Source of the DNA: an archaeon
GTDB taxonomy: Archaea; Iainarchaeota; Iainarchaeia; Iainarchaeales; CSSED10-239
Assembly: GCA_035390665.1 (NCBI GenBank)
Contig: DAOOUC010000001.1
Coordinates: forward strand, 140,734 to 158,691
Reading direction: 5' to 3'
Length of the DNA stretch: 17,958 nt
In this document: positions 14,893 through 17,958 of the stretch, in pieces
How the letters are laid out: the number at the start of each line of letters is the position of its first letter
How positions within the stretch are numbered: the first letter of the stretch is position 1
Notes under the pieces: model-generated
The model's input: only the letters and a program-made list of their open reading frames with translations
Database searches by the model: none
Told to the model about the DNA's origin: nothing
Program-made: the position numbers and the translations under genes

Positions 14893-15446
14893 ATGAATAT
14901 ACAATTGATTACGATGAACTTTCTAAAATTTATAGACTTGAAACCAAGTCTCCAAAATTAACAAAACTAAATCCCTCTTTTTATAAAGAATTAAAAAAAT
15001 TTATTACTCAAGAAAAATCAAAATATGTTAGTGCTATTGAAAATCTTTCTCAAGTTGATTTAAAGAAGTTTGAAACCTTAAAACAAACAGTAAATAAAAT
15101 TAGAGAGATAAGACTTAAGAAGTGCTTAAATCTTTGTTTAACTTATAGTAGAACAAAAGACTTTAGTGAAGACAATTTAATTGATTTTGAAATTGATTTT
15201 GTTAAAGATATTTTAAAACTTTTAGATAAACAGGCAGAATACACTGATGGATTATTTGGCTCTAAAACAAAAAATGCCGATAAGCAATCAAACTTAATAA
15301 AGGTTATTGCATTATCTAATATCCCTTCATTTATTGGATCAGATATGAAAGAATATGGCCCTTTTGATAAAGATAATGTTTGTGAGATTCCAGAAAATAT
15401 TTTCACAATATTGTTTTCAAAAAATATAGTAAAAAAAATAGAATAG
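14889..15446 (+). CDS. gins51: GINS complex subunit, Gins51 (Gins15) type
   Basis: The N-terminal A-domain YDELSKIYRLETKSPKLTKLNPSFYKELKKFI parallels l......E..s..L..l...fY..v..yi. The C-terminal B-domain IKVIALSNIPSFIGSDMKEYGPFDKDNVCEIPENIFTILFSKNIVKKI parallels v.fl.d.p.fvG.D...YGPf..gDva.lP...a..Li..g.a. The ATG overlaps the priS stop (ATGA). priS-gins51 adjacency is known from other archaea. Confidence 0.68.
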   Translation: MNEYTIDYDELSKIYRLETKSPKLTKLNPSFYKELKKFITQEKSKYVSAIENLSQVDLKKFETLKQTVNKIREIRLKKCLNLCLTYSRTKDFSEDNLIDFEIDFVKDILKLLDKQAEYTDGLFGSKTKNADKQSNLIKVIALSNIPSFIGSDMKEYGPFDKDNVCEIPENIFTILFSKNIVKKIE

Positions 15447-15448
15447 AT

Positions 15449-15453
15449 GTGAT
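15449..15453 (+). promoter_or_regulatory. Shine-Dalgarno site of the aIF2-alpha gene
   Basis: GTGAT lies 6 nt upstream of ATG 15460. The same pentamer recurs at 6129-6133 (gpmI) and 16232-16236 (PAC2), each 5 nt upstream of the ATG. Confidence 0.5.
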
Positions 15454-15459
15454 TAAATA

Positions 15460-16230
15460 ATGGTAGATTATCCTAAAATTTCAGATGTAGTAATTTGTAA
15501 AATTACAAAAATAAATGATTATGGTGTTTTTGTTTCTCTTTTAGAGTATGATAACATTGAAGCATTTGTACACGTTTCTCAAGTTTCTTCAACTTGGGTT
15601 AAAAATATACACAACCATGTAAAACTAAACCAAATAAGAGCAGGTAAAGTCTTACATATTGATACCTATAAAAATCAAATTGATCTTTCCTTTAATAGAG
15701 TGACTTCTGCAGAAGAAAAAAGAAAAATATCTGATTATAGACTTTTTAAAAGAGCTCAAAGTCTTTTGTCTGCTGTTGCAAAAGAACTATCTTTAAGTGA
15801 AGACGAGGTTTGGAGAGATGTCGCTGAACCAATTCTAGAAAAAGATGCAAGTCTATATACTGGTTTTGTAAATATTTTAAAATATGGAATAAAATACTAT
15901 CCTGAAATTAATAAAAAATATGAAACAAAGCTTCTTGATATTCTTAACAAAAGCATAAGTGTTAAAGATAAGAAAATAACAGGGATTTTAGAAATATCAA
16001 ATTCTTCAGAGAATGGAATAGAAATTATAAAAAAAGCATTATCTAAAGTAATTTCTGAAAATCAAGAAACACAGATAATTTACGTTGCTTCTGGAAAATA
16101 TGAATTAAGTGTTACTGCTAAAGATTATAAACTTGCATCTAAAAAGATTAACGAAATTATTGTAAGTTTAGAAAAGGCACTTAAAGGTTCAAGCTTTAAA
16201 TATACCCAATCAGATAAATCTAAGAATTAA
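15460..16230 (+). CDS. eif2a: Translation initiation factor aIF2 alpha subunit
   Basis: N-terminal S1 fold DVVICKITKINDYGVFVSLLEYDNIEAFVHVSQVSSTWVKNIHNHVKLNQIRAGKVLHID..KNQIDLSFNRV, followed by helical and alpha-beta domains. 256 aa. GTGAT SD at 15449-15453. Confidence 0.9.
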   Translation: MVDYPKISDVVICKITKINDYGVFVSLLEYDNIEAFVHVSQVSSTWVKNIHNHVKLNQIRAGKVLHIDTYKNQIDLSFNRVTSAEEKRKISDYRLFKRAQSLLSAVAKELSLSEDEVWRDVAEPILEKDASLYTGFVNILKYGIKYYPEINKKYETKLLDILNKSISVKDKKITGILEISNSSENGIEIIKKALSKVISENQETQIIYVASGKYELSVTAKDYKLASKKINEIIVSLEKALKGSSFKYTQSDKSKN

Positions 16231-16241
16231 TGTGATAAAAA

Positions 16242-17036
16242 ATGACTACAAAAATAAATGTTATTAAACAACAGAAATTAAGAAATGCTGTAATGCTTGT
16301 TGGTCTTCCAGGTATTGGTTTAGTTGGTAAGATTGCAGTTGATTATTTACAAGGAGAATTAAAACCAAAAGCAATAGAATATGCAACAGTTATTTCAGAC
16401 ACTTTTCCGCCAGCAGTTCATGCAAAAAGTTCTACATTAGAATTAATTTCTGATCAAATATTTTTATACAAAGGAAAAACAAGAGATTATTTATTTTTAG
16501 TTGGACCAGTTCAACCAAATCTTTCAAATGTAGCAAACAGTCAAGAACATTATGAGTTTTCAGAAAGCATAACAGAATTTTGTAAAAAGCAAGGAGTAAA
16601 AGAAATCTATACTTTTGCAGGGCTTAATATTGGAGAAAAGCGTTTAAATCAGAAGCCAAGAGTTCTTGCAGTAACAAGCGATAAAGAAACAAAAGAAAAA
16701 TTAAAAAAGAAAAAAATTAATAATGTTATTTTTGATGACACTCAAGGAGATACTTTAATTTCTGGAGTCGCAGGATTATTAATTGGAATTGCATACTACA
16801 ATTACAAGATTCCTGGCTGTTGTTTTATGGGAGAAACAGATCAAAAACTAATTTTTGGAGATCAGGGTTCTGCAAGAAGTGTGCTTGGGGTTATTTGTGA
16901 TCTTTTTGATTTTAAAGTAGATATGAAAAAAATAGATGTTCAAGCAAAAAAGATAGAAGAATCATTCCAAGAGATACAAGAAAAAATTAAAGAACTTGAG
17001 AAGAAAAAAGAAGCACCTGCAAGTTATATAAGGTGA
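16242..17036 (+). CDS. PAC2-family proteasome assembly chaperone (PbaA/PbaB-like, COG1938)
   Basis: NAVMLVGLPGIGLVGKIAVDYL is the characteristic PAC2/COG1938 N-terminal motif. It has a FAGL...ISGVAGLL core and a C-terminal charged helix (KKIEESFQEIQEKIKELEKKKE). GTGAT SD at 16232-16236. Confidence 0.8.
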   Translation: MTTKINVIKQQKLRNAVMLVGLPGIGLVGKIAVDYLQGELKPKAIEYATVISDTFPPAVHAKSSTLELISDQIFLYKGKTRDYLFLVGPVQPNLSNVANSQEHYEFSESITEFCKKQGVKEIYTFAGLNIGEKRLNQKPRVLAVTSDKETKEKLKKKKINNVIFDDTQGDTLISGVAGLLIGIAYYNYKIPGCCFMGETDQKLIFGDQGSARSVLGVICDLFDFKVDMKKIDVQAKKIEESFQEIQEKIKELEKKKEAPASYIR

Positions 17037-17037
17037 T
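17031..17037 (+). promoter_or_regulatory. Shine-Dalgarno site of the kinase-like gene
   Basis: AGGTGAT lies 7 nt upstream of ATG 17045 and spans the PAC2 stop codon (TGA 17034-17036). Confidence 0.55.
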
Positions 17038-17044
17038 AATTTTA

Positions 17045-17908
17045 ATGCACAGACTTGTAACGATTAGAAAGCCACCAGTAAATCCAGAATTAAAAGTTGT
17101 TAGACACAGAGTTACAAATGAGAAATTTGATCCTTCTCATTTCCCTAGTTCTTTTATAAGTGAATTAAAGGTTTCTAAAGATAAAACCGGAAAACCACTA
17201 AAACTTGGAGAAGGAATATATGGAGAAATATTTCTTGGTCAAGTGAAATTTAAAAACGGGTCAAAAAAAAGAGTTGCAATTAAAAGATTTACTCCAATTT
17301 TTGAAGAATTAAAAATGACAGATCACGATGCAAGAAAATATCAACAGTTTATTGATATTTTAAGAAAGATAGAATTAGAACACGATGTTGCATTTCCAAA
17401 TCGTCAAATTGGAAAAGCAAAGATGATACCAAAGATGGCGATGGTTAAAATTCAAGAGAAAGGAAAAGAACCAGAATGGGTTGTCGTCTCTCAAGCATTT
17501 GTTAAAGAAGGTAAATCAAAATTTAAAGAAAACAATGATGTTAATCACACACAATTTAATATGTCAGAATATACTTGGAATATATTAAAGCTTGGAGAAC
17601 AAGGTTTTATTAAAGAGGGGTCTTTAGGTTTTTTAGCAGATCTTTTTACAGAGCACAGGGATGGTAGTTTAATACCAATGGATATGGATTTTGCAAAAAC
17701 TTTAGATTTTAAAAAAAGAAGTAAAATTGCCTGTGCAAACGACATACTAAATGCGCTTGCCCATCATGCAGAATCAAGATATGGCACTGATACACAAAAT
17801 AGAAATAAATACTATGTTGAATTAGTTTTAAATCTTTTAAAACACAAAATGGATTTAAAATTTAAAGATCAATTGATTATACAGAGAAAAAAATATTTAA
17901 AAAAGTGA
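17045..17908 (+). CDS. Protein-kinase-like protein with canonical G-loop and VAIK but an atypical catalytic segment; family not recognised
   Basis: LGEGIYGEIFLGQV (GxGxxGxI, nt 17207-17224) and RVAIKRF (Lys80 codon 17282-17284). Later comes GFLADLFTEHRDGSLIPMDMDFAKT (nt 17639-17695). AGGTGAT SD at 17031-17037 lies 7 nt upstream of ATG 17045; the ORF-track GTG 17033 lies inside that SD. Confidence 0.5.
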   Translation: MHRLVTIRKPPVNPELKVVRHRVTNEKFDPSHFPSSFISELKVSKDKTGKPLKLGEGIYGEIFLGQVKFKNGSKKRVAIKRFTPIFEELKMTDHDARKYQQFIDILRKIELEHDVAFPNRQIGKAKMIPKMAMVKIQEKGKEPEWVVVSQAFVKEGKSKFKENNDVNHTQFNMSEYTWNILKLGEQGFIKEGSLGFLADLFTEHRDGSLIPMDMDFAKTLDFKKRSKIACANDILNALAHHAESRYGTDTQNRNKYYVELVLNLLKHKMDLKFKDQLIIQRKKYLKK

Positions 17909-17912
17909 CATC

Positions 17913-17958
17913 ATGAATACAAAAGAAGAAAAAGGAATAGTAATTTCTACAATGGATG
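17913..17958 (+). CDS. 5' end of an unidentified CDS (MNTKEEKGIVISTMD...), truncated by the window edge
   Basis: The ATG is 4 nt after the previous stop, the frame is open to the window end, and it is on the same strand as the operon. Fifteen codons are too few to assign. Confidence 0.3.
   Translation, partial: MNTKEEKGIVISTMD

Noticed and set aside
17016-17036. Possible C-terminal HbYX proteasome-docking motif on the PAC2-family protein (...APASYIR).
   Set aside because: HbYX requires Tyr at the penultimate position. Here Tyr is third from the end (Y-I-R), so the motif is not satisfied as written. It would only fit if the true C-terminus differed, for which there is no evidence.
17654-17662. 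Reading the HRD triplet (H204-R205-D206) of the kinase-like protein as a canonical eukaryotic-type HRD catalytic loop.
   Set aside because: This is not accepted as the sole interpretation. The following residues (GSLIP) lack the LKxxN pattern, and the DFA is only 8 residues away. The upstream ADLFTEH gives a better RIO/Bud32-like spacing. Both readings are reported in the finding rather than asserting a canonical kinase.
1-17958. I looked for tRNA/rRNA genes, CRISPR repeats, transposase/integrase genes, toxin-antitoxin pairs and known defence-system signatures.
   Set aside because: None found. The intergenic gaps are 2-126 nt with no GC-rich structured segments, there are no repeat-spacer periodicities, and every long ORF is accounted for by a housekeeping or membrane function or is listed above as unassigned.

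Overview
This is an AT-rich (roughly 30% GC by eye), very compact archaeal chromosomal segment. I tally about 680 nt of intergenic sequence, so it is about 96% coding, and several start/stop codons overlap by 4 nt. I call 22 complete CDS and one 3'-truncated CDS, in five strand blocks. Almost all are archaeal information-processing genes. Replication and repair: Orc1/Cdc6, PCNA, primase PriL and PriS, GINS51 and Rad50. Transcription: Rpo11/L and Rpo6/K. Translation and RNA surveillance: aIF2-alpha, Pelota, eS17 and exosome Csl4. Also present are a signal peptidase, a PAC2-type proteasome assembly chaperone, a bacterial-type iPGM and a SpoIIM-like membrane protein. The small proteins, tight packing, bacterial-type glycolytic enzyme and low GC fit a reduced-genome (DPANN-like) archaeon; that placement is inference only. 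I found no rRNA, tRNA, CRISPR array, IS or transposase, integrase or long repeat. The less ordinary content: (1) rad50 has no mre11 in the window and is coupled to a minimal class-II-type nucleotidyltransferase with a degenerate nucleotide-selection motif. (2) A kinase-like protein with a canonical G-loop and VAIK but an atypical catalytic segment closes the priS-gins-aIF2alpha-PAC2 operon. (3) A two-gene type IV pilin-like cassette sits upstream of a membrane HExxH protease-like gene. (4) An orphan basic helical protein lies between orc1 and pcna. (5) Promoter-proximal genes look leaderless, while internal genes carry GGTGAT-type Shine-Dalgarno sites. All functional calls come from motif recognition by eye; no database search was possible.
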